Source: Rozella allomycis CSF55
Lineage: Eukaryota
Direction of reading: 5' to 3'
DNA length: 53,641 nucleotides
NCBI GenBank assembly: GCA_000442015.1
Contig: KE561162.1
Coordinates: forward strand, 1-53,641
The notes under the pieces: model-generated
The model's input: only the letters and a program-made list of their open reading frames with translations
Database searches by the model: none
Told to the model about the DNA's origin: nothing
In this document: positions 25,112-36,516 of the stretch, piece by piece
How the letters are laid out: each line of letters begins with the position of its first letter
How positions within the stretch are numbered: the first letter of the stretch is position 1
Made by a program: the position numbers and the translations under genes

Positions 25112-25149
25112 ATAAAGCGTCTATTATCTAACTTTTATACAGAAAATGT

Positions 25150-25382
25150 TTATTTCTCTTGTTGGGCGTTCATGCTATCAGTTGACGCCGATTTTGACTG
25201 CGGATGCTTTGCATATTTAAATTTATCTTCTGCAGTTGCAGGATATCTTGCTTTAGTTTCTTCAATTCTCGCTGCCTCTTCTTTGGTCAATGGATGGAGC
25301 CCCTATACTTAACATGCTAATATCATACTATGTGAGATGCCATTCCTGCAGACCACCATTGCAAATCTTCTCTGGTTGACAT
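25150..25382 (-). CDS. Two-exon ~68 aa protein of unknown function
   Basis: ATG, 26-nt intron (gtatga...tatag), stop: MSTREDLQWWSAGMASHI|GLHPLTKEEAARIEETKARYPATAEDKFKYAKHPQ...QEK*. Fills the spacer exactly. Confidence 0.55.
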
Positions 25383-25524
25383 TTGATTGTTTTGGTAAAG
25401 GTTAAAAATTAATAGGGGAAACCAAGCAATTAGATCNATCTGATAATCAATTGTTCATCTGGGCGGGAATAAAAGCGGGATAGCTGTTCCATGATAAGTT
25501 AAAATAAGTAAATACAAATTAAAT

Positions 25525-27403
25525 TTATTTTTTTCCACTGAGGGCCCTAAAGAGATTTGATACTGGGCCTACACCATTTGGTTCATTTTTCATGGCCTGC
25601 ATCAGTGTAGCCATGAATTCATGATCTGATTCTGGAATTTGGAACGACTCTTGTTGTCCACCATTTTGATTGTTTGAAATTTCTTCTTGATAATCTTCGA
25701 TTTCAGGGCCGTCACCGATGAGGTCATAAAACGCGTCTGTTGGTTTCCCATTCTTGTCATACAAGTTATATTCCTCATCCGATGATGATTCGTCGTCTTT
25801 GTCTTCGGATTTCTTTTTGTTTTCATTTTTCAAGTCTTCAAGATGCGGTTCCCATGTTTTTAATGTTTTGAGCATGCCCTTGAGGAAATCATAATCATTC
25901 TTAGTGTCCTCATCCATTTCATATTTTTCATCTTCAGAATATTCATCATCGCTATCTTCGTCTTGGTTTTCAAATTTATTGGCGATTCCTTCATAGCCAC
26001 TCTCTTTTTCCATAAACTTGGAAAGTTCTGCCAGAGTTTCATCGAAATTAAAATTTGAGAAATCATTATTTATAATTTCAGCTTTAAAAGTATCGAGCCA
26101 ATCATCGGAATCTTCTTTAAGATCGTTTGCATAACTCACCCCTGTTTTAAATCCACTTAGAGCTGTGCCTAATTCCAATGAAGGTTGCGGTCTTTTCATT
26201 AAGATATCATCTTTAAATACATTCAAGTAAGTATCCTTGGCTTTAGCGAGTAATATTTTGTATTTTTCTGATTCGATCATTTCATTCTGGAAGTAACCCT
26301 TGGAATTTAGAGTCATTAAATATCTAGACCAACCTGGAAGCTTTTCAACTGGTACCTATAATATAAGAGGCACTTTGTTACTTCATCTATTGAATTTTCT
26401 TGGGAAAATAAAACATCATTTGCTATTAATTCAAATCCGCAAGTCTAATGGTAACTAATTAGAGAGGTTACCAATTTCATTCCAATGTCAAAATGTTTAA
26501 AGCCATCGTCTCTCGGATTCTTACTTGACTTGAATGATTTTGGTGGATAGAATTTTGTTAATGAAAGGTTTACATAATGCAGTTTGTGCATATTTACTGT
26601 CGTCTCAACAACCTCTTCTTGCGGGAAGTGTTTCATTTTAGATAAAATCTATAAAATAAACAAATAAATTATCTACATATTGCGAGGAGGGATCCCTGTT
26701 GCAAAAGGCATCCACTGCAAATGAGATCAACTGCGGGTTCTTGTTGAGCACATACGCTATCTTGTTAGGAACTAAAACGCGCGCTTTATGAGCTGTATTT
26801 TCAATGCCATTAATCTTCTTTTGAAATTCTTGTTGTAGTTCAGGTTGTGCGACTGTTTTCCCTGACAAAATCAATGGGATTATTTGTGAGGTTACATCAT
26901 TCACAGTGGATGGATAAACTCCAATTTCGGAAGGCGAAGATGGAATAGGAATTAAATGCATTTGTCCATTATGAATGTACACCTCTCTCAATAAATTATA
27001 GGAATTACTCTCTTGTCCATTTCATCAGGTATTAGCCATCCTGGAAGTATATCTTCATTTATATCTACAAGCAAAAATTGGCCATCGTTATCTTGAATTC
27101 TATTAATGGCAAGAATAAATTTGATACTCTATAATCACAGTTTTATCTTGTTTTGAAAACTCTGTCAACGCCTTGGCTATCAAAGTTTCGTCATCTATTG
27201 ATTCTCCAGTATTAGTCTTTCCAAATGCCATAGTGTCATTTTCTTTGTGGGCAAGAAAAAGTATTGTTACTAAAAATCAAGGAAAAGGATTGTTTGTTCC
27301 ATATATAATTTTTAAAATAATCTTTAAAATACATTTGAACTTTTTCAATATTTGGCTTTTCAGTGAAGAACAACGAATAAGAAACTAAAAATTCATCAGA
27401 CAT
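25525..27403 (-). CDS. ECD: Ecdysoneless (ECD/hSGT1 family) protein (multi-exon)
   Basis: NYIWNKQSF, GKTNTGESIDDE, DGQFLL, VYIHNGQMHLIP, AVDAFCNRDP, EDSDDWL, GPVSNL. Confidence 0.85.
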
Positions 27404-27511
27404 TTTTGGTGGCTAGGCTAGTTTGCCCAACTTTGAATACCCTTAAATAAAACGCCATGGATTTTAAAGGGATTCTTGAAAATTAGCCAGCTATTGTAAA
27501 CCTCTCTTTTC

Positions 27512-28864
27512 ATGTCCCATTTCAAAACACAAGATTCCCAAGCCACTCCATTGCGAATGTCATCAGCTAAAACAGCCGTTGCAAACACGGGTAAATCAAA
27601 AAATAATGAATATTTCAAGTCAATCAACTTAATTACCCAGACCCAATCACAACTGGAGGAATAAAGCCAAAATATTCCAAAAGGCAATCAATTCACACTA
27701 ATTTGACGTAGAGACGAAGCAGAAATTTTTTGTTTAAAATTTTCAAACGATGATGATTACATTGCAGCAGCATGCGGTGACTCTTCGATCAAAGTAATAA
27801 GTTTCATCTATTTCAAGTTGGTATACCATTCGAAAACTGGGAATTCCCTTGGAAATTTAGTTGAGCCGAATTCTAAGCTTCCATGTACTACATTGTGTTT
27901 CCGCCCTCAAGTGGCTAATCAGCAAAGAACGAAGAATGTGCTTTTGGCGGGCTGTATGAGCGCATTTATTATATTGATTAGATACTGATGGTCATATTAG
28001 ACATTGGCATTCAACATCTGGAAGGAAGCTGTCAGAGATTTCTGAAGGAGACAACCAGATTTTCACCGTTGATTTTTTCAATGATGGATCTCAATTTGTT
28101 TCAGCGTAAAAATTAGTATTTAATTAATTTAAAGAGGCTCTGATTATACTTTAAGAGTTTATGATGAAAATACACAGTCGTTAATTGTATCGATGTATGC
28201 GGGTCGCGGTGAAGTTACAGCGGGCCATTCGAATAGAATATTTTGCGCCAAATTTCATCCAAAGGATCCAAATATATTGGTTTCAGGTGGATGGGACAAT
28301 ACCATTCAAGTAATTAAAAATATGTATTTGGAAAGGTTTGGGATATTAGAGCGCAATGTTCCATCAGGAGTATTTATGGACCTCACATCTGCGGTGAAGG
28401 GGTTGATTTCACTGATAATGGAGAAAAGATAATCACTGGATCATACCTAAAGGATCAGCCATTGCAAGTAACTATTATAGATGAAAAGAATATAGATATG
28501 GAATTTCCAAACAGGAAATTTGATAGAGAATGTGCAATGGACAATTTCTGATGACAAAAAGCCATGTATGCTTTATTGTGCGCAATACAGTCATGGAGCA
28601 TCTAGCAACAAATTTATCGTAGCTGGTGGAGGCGGTGGTTTGAATGAAGCCAAAATTTTCAATACATCATACAAAAAGGTAAGCATTTTCTTAATTAAGA
28701 GAAACTAGAATCAATGCTTTGGCACTATACAAAATGTTTCGAACGCTATTTATACAGTTGCATTAAGTAAATCGGAAACACAGTTGGCGGTTGGCGGAGG
28801 TGGCAAAACATTGTACATGTACGATGTTGAACATTTGCCGCCTAGTCAAGACTATGTTTATTAA
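27512..28864 (+). CDS. WD40 repeat protein (multi-exon)
   Basis: GHSNRIFCAKFHP...SGGWDNTIQ|VWD and other WD repeats; start uncertain. Confidence 0.8.
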
Positions 28865-28989
28865 TATAAAAATTAAATAAATAGTTTGATAAATACCAAA
28901 TATTATTCCCTACTGCCCTAATTCAATGCATGTTGAAATGTTTCCCATCAGCCATCAAGTCACCAAATTTCGAGAATCTTGGTTTTGAA

Positions 28990-31347
28990 ATGCAATTTGT
29001 TGGAAGGGTTATATCGACAGTTTCAGAATTTTATAAGGATATCAACCCATCCACGCTTTCAGGCGCTATTGATATTATAGTAGTGGAAGATGAACTTGGC
29101 GAATATCACTGTTCACCCTTTCATGTTCGTTTTGGCAAGCTTCAACTACTTCGAGCGCAGGATAAGATCGTAATATACAATATTAATTTCGTTAATAGGT
29201 TGAAGTGTGCGTAAATGGCATTAAGGCTGGAATAAATATGAAGTTGGGTGATGCGGGCGAAGCATTTTTTGTTATTGAAACAGCGGTATGATTTGTAACA
29301 TTTTTAGAGTAGAATCCGCCGCCTGAAAATTATGCGACATCGCCACTTTTGACACCAAAAGGTGATTTGGTAATTGTGTTCAAATGGTGTGATAGACTGA
29401 AAGTTTAGCGTCTTTGGACTTGCAAACTGAACAATCGAATATCGCAAGAGTTGAAGAAATGATACGCAATAAAGAGGAAATGTTTAAGCAAAAAAGTTCG
29501 TCAGAGCCGAGAGATATTGGAATGATGCAACAGAGCCACGAAGATTTAATTATACAGCAACGACATGAGCATGAACAAATAATGGATGTAAATACAATTA
29601 TAATTGATTTGAATAGATTTATGGAGTTTCACCACCAAAGAATCCATCGTGGTCATGGAATTGGGGAGAGATACCACAGAGAGCAAGCGAAGAAGAAATT
29701 TTGAGAGAAAAGGAAGACATTAAAAAGAGATATCAAGAGAGAATTGAAGATATAACAAAAGCTACATCTGATACTGAAATGACGCATGATCTCTTGTTTG
29801 AAGATAATGAAGTGTCTGAAATCAAACCTAACGAGAATTCTAAAGAAGATTTAGAAATTAATGAAGAAGAAATTTCAAAAACATTTATTTCATTTATTTT
29901 GACAGCTTCGTATTTAGAAGAATTGAAAGAAATAAATTTTGATAAAGAGAATGACTTGCAACTATCGCTATGTGGAAATATAATCGTTTCTGCACCTCAA
30001 GATTTAGAAGTTGTCTTCAATAACCACTTAGTTACGTTTTCTATTTATCAACAAAATTGTTCAATATTTGAAAATGAAAATGCTATTTTTAGAATTGAAG
30101 ACAAGTAAGCCACAATTTAACCCTTGAAAGGTTTCTCACGTGGCAATTGATTGCGCCACAAATAACATCATTGTCTTTGTATGGCAAAAGTATCTCCAAA
30201 GAATCATGGACATTATTTTTGGATGCCAAAATAGAACCCTTGAAGAAAATCCAGCAAGGGAGCACAACTCTAGGAAGTCTAAGACGATGGTGGAGAGGGA
30301 GAAATAGATCAACAGTGAATGCCAAGAACATTAATATTAACAAAACAAAAAAGGCAGAAGTAACAAGAGCGAGATCTCTTTCTCCAACGATGCCAAAGGA
30401 ATCTTCATCAAAAGAGAAAAAGAATTATGCTAAATCATTAAGATTAACTTCTGAACAAATAGTAATTCAATTGTAATTCATTAATAAAGAAATCATTGCC
30501 TTTGAATGTAGGAATGAATGAAATATCCTTCTCTGTAGCAAGCTCAAAAGCTACGTGTAAGGCTAGGCTGTTTAAATGGAGAAAGGACACAAAAGTTATT
30601 ATTTCAGACATTGATGGAACAATTACAAAGTACAAACTATTATTCAATCTTAATAGATCTGATGTTATGGGTCATCTTTTAACAATGGTTGGGAGAGATT
30701 GGACACAGCCAGGTGTTGCTAAACTTTACTCGGCAATTAAAAAGAATGGCTACGAATTTCTTTATTTAACATCAAGAGCCATAGGCCAAGTAACGAATAA
30801 TTCATTTTTTAAAAAGGCCGACTACACGAGGGAATATCTAAAGAGTGTTGAGCAAGAATCTTTTCAATTACCTGAAGGGCCTGTTATAATGTCACCAGAT
30901 CGTTTAATAGCAGCGTTTCACAGAGAAGTTATAATGCGACGACCCGAAGAATTCAAAATCGCTTGTTTAAAAGACATCAAAAGTCTTTTCATCGGCGAAA
31001 ATCCTTTTTGTGCAGGTTTTGGAAACAGAATAACTGACGTCTTAAGTTATAGAAGTGTAGAAGTCCCTTGCTCCAAAGTGTTCACTGTTAATTCCCAAGG
31101 AGAAATTAAACTTGAACTCTTTTCTGATTTCAGGTCAACATACACAAAACTAACTGAACTCGCTGATCAATTGTTTCCACCGTTGAATACAAAGGAAATA
31201 ATCGATAATAATTTCAATGATGCTGTTTTTTGGAGAAACCCGTTGCCTCTTTTAATCGAAACCACCGAAGCAAATTCTCCAACTGACAACGATATCACAA
31301 ACGTTGAAGATTCTGAAGATAATGAATCTTCATATTCGTATCTTTAA
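28990..31347 (+). CDS. PAH1: Lipin / phosphatidate phosphatase (multi-exon)
   Basis: N-LIP INPSTLSGAIDIIVV, SPFHVRFGK; HAD motif SDIDGTIT; AGFGNRITD. Confidence 0.95.
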
Positions 31348-31433
31348 ACAAATAAACTATTTATGCATACATTCTAATTTACCTTTTTGAAAAGAGTCAC
31401 ATACTAAACTTGTAATTTTATGAAATTGAAATT

Positions 31434-32051
31434 ATGAAAAGAAGATCCAATTATGGCATAAATAGACTACATCATCTACAACGACTTATACAGGAATTTG
31501 AAAATACTGATAGCGAAAGTAAATCGCATTTATATGCCTTCACAGATAATAAAAGACAGGTGTTGGCAAATTTGGCCAATTTCGGTTACGATTTCAACAA
31601 CTTTCCTCATTTCAACACCTTAAAAATATCAGATTTATTTCTAGGTATCTTATTACCATACATTTTATCTAGAGATTGTATCGTCACAGAAACTGACGAA
31701 TCCTTGATTGAATTTGCCTCTGCTGGCCTCTGCAATACGTGCATTGGTAAGATTAGCCAGTCTAAGACATGTAGATGCCACTATACGAGAAAATCTGATA
31801 GATAATATAGATGACTTGTATACGTTATTCCGGTTCAAAGATTCGAATCAGAAGATCATGTCAAATTTTTTGGCGACATTATACTACATATTAGAAAAGG
31901 ATTCTATTAACAGTAAAATTTTACCATTGTCTAAAAAGTCCTACGTTCAGATATTTTGAAGCAATTGCGTGGAATTAGAGAAGGGGATGGCTATGTGTCC
32001 AAATTGGCTCATTTAGTACTAAAAAAGCATGAAAGCTTAATAAAATGCTAA
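31434..32051 (+). CDS. ARMC7: Armadillo repeat protein ARMC7
   Basis: RLHHLQRLIQEF...KRQVLANLANFGYDFNN...LIEFASAGLCN. Confidence 0.82.
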
Positions 32052-32138
32052 ATACATTGGTTTATTAGATGTTTTCATTGAAGTGTTTTAAATTGTTGTT
32101 TCAATTAAACTGTGGCTTGCGTATTGGTTGCGGACATT

Positions 32139-33954
32139 ATGGAGGACATTGAACGTCATGAAGACATGGTCATCGAAAGATCTTCGATCAGAAGCCCCAA
32201 ATATTCATCTTTGCGTAGAATCGGTATGGTTGTATCAGCCGTGATTTTATCTTTCCTAACTGCCGGAGTTATATTTGGACATGCGGCATTGAGAACCTGT
32301 CTTGAATCCAGCGGCGCTTATCAAGATCTATGCAATGGTACGGATTCTGTAAAAATATTAATCTTTGTCAACTAGTGCCCGGAACGTGAATTGAAACTGG
32401 TTTTGTTGTTTACAATTGCGGCATCCGTCACTAATGTAATTATCGTTTATTAAATCTAAAAAGATTTCAGCTCTCATTTTTGGGACCATATTGGATTATT
32501 TTGGTCCAAAGAAGTCAGGCATTTTGGGATCAATCTTGTCTTTAGGAGGTTGTCTGTTCATGTCCTTTCCTACAAATAGTAATGGTGTTAATCTCATTGT
32601 TATATGTCATTGACAGTTATTTGGCGGGCTACATCTTATTTGCTCTTGGAGGTCCTTGTCTATTTCTTTCCGTTTTACATATATCCGCTGCGTTTCCTTC
32701 AAAATCGGGGTTGATTATGAGTTTCATAACTGGCGCATTTGATTCTTCNCACATATATTTATCATGCCATCACGCACATTCCGTCATGATGCAAGTATTG
32801 AAGATATTAAATCTGAAGCTTCACCATTGCTACAACAAAACAGAAAATCGAAGCTAGCAGGTTTGAGAAATGCAGATGCCAAAGGTCAATTTTACTCCAA
32901 GTTTTATTTGTACGCTCATTTTATTTGCAACATAGATTCATAACTTTATTCATGTGTCTAATGATGTTGCGAATGAATTTCNATTTTCAAATATTATTCA
33001 ACAGTGCCCATAATTGCGTGTTTGACACATATATTTATCATGCCATCACGCACATTCCGTCATGATACAAGTATTGAAGAAATTAAATCTGAAGCTTCAC
33101 CATTGATACAACAAAACAGAAAATCAAAGCTAGCAGGTTTGAGAAATGCAGATGCCAAAGGTCAATTTTACTCCAAGTTTTATTTGTAAATTTTTTCTGT
33201 TTGCAAAATAGATTCATAACTTTATTCATGTGTCTAATGATGTTGCGAATGAATTTCTACATTGGGACTATTTCTAAACAACTGAATCATCTCGAATCAG
33301 CAGAAGACTCGAGTAATTGAAAATAATTCTCTTCATGCAGAGTATTTAATAGAGTTCTTTGACTTGGCTTTACCTCTTGGCGGAGTTGTGGCGGTACCTG
33401 CAATTGGCTATCTTCTTGACAAATTTCAAATTCATGTTTCCATTTACACTGTATCTACAATGGCAACAATATTTGGAATATTCAAGTAAGTTTATCGCAC
33501 ATGGCCAATTTCAGTTTGTTCCCAATGTTCACTTTTCAGCTCTTCTCAATTCTTATTTTTGTAGTTCTAAGACCTNACGCTCATGGTCAATTTTAGTTTG
33601 TTCCCAGTGTTCACTTTTCAGCTCTTATCAATTCTTATTTTCGTAGTTCTAAGACCTCTAGTTTACACAACCGCTAGCGAGTTTTGTGCGAAAATGTAAT
33701 TTTATTCGTGATTGTTATTAAGATTTGGCTTTACGCACTTTGGGAAAATCTATGGCAGCATGACATTGATATCCGGTGTATTTAACTTATTGCAGGTATA
33801 TGAAATTGATTCTTCTTGAAAATAGTATCCATTATCTTCTTTATCACAATCACTTGAAACGTATACACCAGTTAACATTGTGCTGACTTCATTGACAGCG
33901 ATTTCTCTTGGCTTCCCTATTTATGTACAGAAAATGATCAAAGAGGAAAACTGA
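32139..33954 (+). CDS. MFS transporter, SLC43/FMP42-like (multi-exon, disrupted by Ns)
   Basis: AGVIFGHAAL, LDYFGPK, GLIMSFITGAFDSS, LRMNFYIGT, FGFTHFGKIYG. Confidence 0.8.
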
Positions 33955-34149
33955 CACTAAAAATAATAAATATTTAACATCATTTTAACTTGGATAGACT
34001 TGGAATGCTATTTATTGAAGTTGAACTGTTTGTGTTCTTTCGTTGTGAGGGTGAAACACATGAAAAGTTTTACGTAAAGTTCTTTCGTATATTTTAATTT
34101 TATCCTAATTGGTCGATCAATTTAGGAAAACCATCATTTTCTATAATTG

Positions 34150-35664
34150 ATGCTTTTTGCTAGAAATTTCACAAAGCGATACATGACAAGCTACTTATTA
34201 TTTCGCAGAGACTCTCAAATAATCTCGTCTTCCTTGGTCCCAGCTTTAAACAAGCCAGCACTTGAAGCGTTTACCAGCAATATGAAGGCAGGAGAATTCC
34301 GTGCCCTTCCCAGCGAAGGAAACGTCGTAGGTGTTATTGAAGTATCTTCCAAATCCACTGGAAATATGCTTGTTGAAGCTTACCGCAAAGCTGCTGCCAG
34401 TGGGGTGTCTCGTTTGAAGGAATTCCGCAACCCAAAAATTGTTCTTGATTGTGCGTATGCTGGACAAGGTAAAATGCAAATGATGTGATAAAATAGCCGT
34501 TGCGGAGGGAGCCTACTTGTCTCAATACGCTTACGACAAGTTTATTAAAAAGGATGCAGAAGAAGTTGAAGTTGTTCCTGAATTCAAGTGCTTACAAAAA
34601 GAATATGAAGGTGAATTTAATAAAGGCAAAACTATCGCTGAATGCCAAAATTGGGCTAGACATTTGGCAGATACCCCTGCCAATTTGAAACCACCCCAGC
34701 AATTTGTAAAGATTGTGGAGGAGAAGTTTAAAGAAGTTCCGCAAGTTAAGGTTGTTGTTAGAGATGAAAATTGGATTAAGAATGAGAAAATGAACTTGTT
34801 TTATTCAGTAGCAGTTGGTTCAGATCAACCGCCAAGATTGTTGGAATTGCATTACAAGCCACAAAATGCAAAGAACGCCGAGCCAATTGTATTGGTTGGT
34901 AAAGGTGTCACTTTTGATGCGTAATATTTATTTATGGAATTTAGTAGGGGTGGTATTTCATTGAAGCCATCAGCCAATATGGGATTGATGAAAGGTGACA
35001 TGGGTGGTGCTGCATCTGTCATTTCAACGTTGCTAGCGATTGCAAAGTTGAATGTGCCAGTAAACATTGTGGTTCTGACACCGTTAACTGAAAATCTTCC
35101 ATCAGGAAAAGCTACAAAGCCAGGTGATTTGTTTGTCGGAAGAAATGGAGTTTCAGTTGAGGTTGATAATACTGATGCTGAAGGAAGAATGATTCTTGCT
35201 GATACACTTGACTATGCGCATTCCTTTAATCCAAAGCTGATTGTAAGAGCTACTAAATCAATTTGATATAGATTGATGTTGCAACCTTGACAGGAGCAAT
35301 GGATGTTGCATTGGGTCCATTGTACTCTGGAGTGTTTTGCAATGACGATGAATTGTTTTCCAATCTGCACAAGGCTGGCGAAGAGACCTTTGATAGAGTA
35401 TGGCGCATGCCACTGGATGACCAATACAAGGAATTGATGAAGACCAATGTTGCTGACATGAAGAACAGTGGAGGTCGTTCCGGCGGTTCCTGTACCGCCG
35501 CCATATTTCTCAAGCAGTTTATCAAAGACAAGCAAAAATGGGCACATATAGACATGGCTGGTGTAATGGATGTGTCAGGACCAAGCGGCTATTACAAGCA
35601 AAAAGGCATGACAGGAAGACCAACGAGAATGCTTGTAAACTTTATTGAAGACCAATCTAAATAA
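34150..35664 (+). CDS. LAP3: M17 leucyl aminopeptidase
   Basis: VGKGVTFDAGGISLK, MKGDMGGAA, NTDAEGR, DVATLTGA, WAHIDMAG. Confidence 0.95.
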
Positions 35665-35787
35665 ATTTTCCAGTTGACAATTTCCGATTTAATCTGATGA
35701 GATGTAATTAATTAAANAAAAATAAATTTCCAGTTGACAATTTCCGATTTAATCTGATGAGATGTAATTAATTAAACCAGCCACCAT

Positions 35788-36393
35788 ATGTATTCTTCCA
35801 GTGGACTATTGATACCATTGAATCCTTCTTCAGTTTGGAACCGATTATTCGGCTGCATTAGCTTGCGTCTAGTGACATTTGTTATAGCGTTTATTTCCTT
35901 TTTGACGTCGGTTGCCTATCTGTATGGATTCTACAAGCGCTATGAAATGTACGAGGGGATATTCGGACCAACAGCGTTTCGTTTTATTCTGGTAGTGTGT
36001 GTGTTATGGCTGATTGGTTCATTAATTGGACTGTGGGGTGTCGTAAAGGTAAAATGTTATTTGAAGTAATAGAGTAGGAAAGCCATGCGCGAGTTAAAGT
36101 GTTTGCCAAGGCGTATTGGACAGCGTTTGTAGTTGTTGGGGTGTTTGCNCTGGACTGCGTTTGTCGTTGTTGGGGTGTTTGCTACGTTGATTGCTGTGCA
36201 GTTTGTTGCATTGAAGCATGGCGAGGTTTCTGTAGCGATTGCGGCGTTGGTGACTGTGTCGTTTGCGGTATCGTTGATTAGTGGATTGATTGTGGATGAG
36301 TATGTGTCGTTGTTGAGAGTTGAGATGTATGGGGTGCCTGTGAGTGGACATGTGAAGCTTCCGCATGGACATGCTCAAGAAGAGAAAGTATAA
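35788..36393 (+). CDS. Small 4-TM membrane protein of unknown function
   Basis: LFGCISLR followed by four hydrophobic helices; intron near 36049-36077; duplication at N 36149. Confidence 0.6.
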
Positions 36394-36516
36394 ATTAGTT
36401 TTAAATAAAAAGAGTTTACAATTATAGATGTTTATAATATAGAACTTATGATTAAATAAGTTTATGATTAAAAGAGTTTACACTTCAACTAAATTTGTTA
36501 AATTGACTGTTTATTT

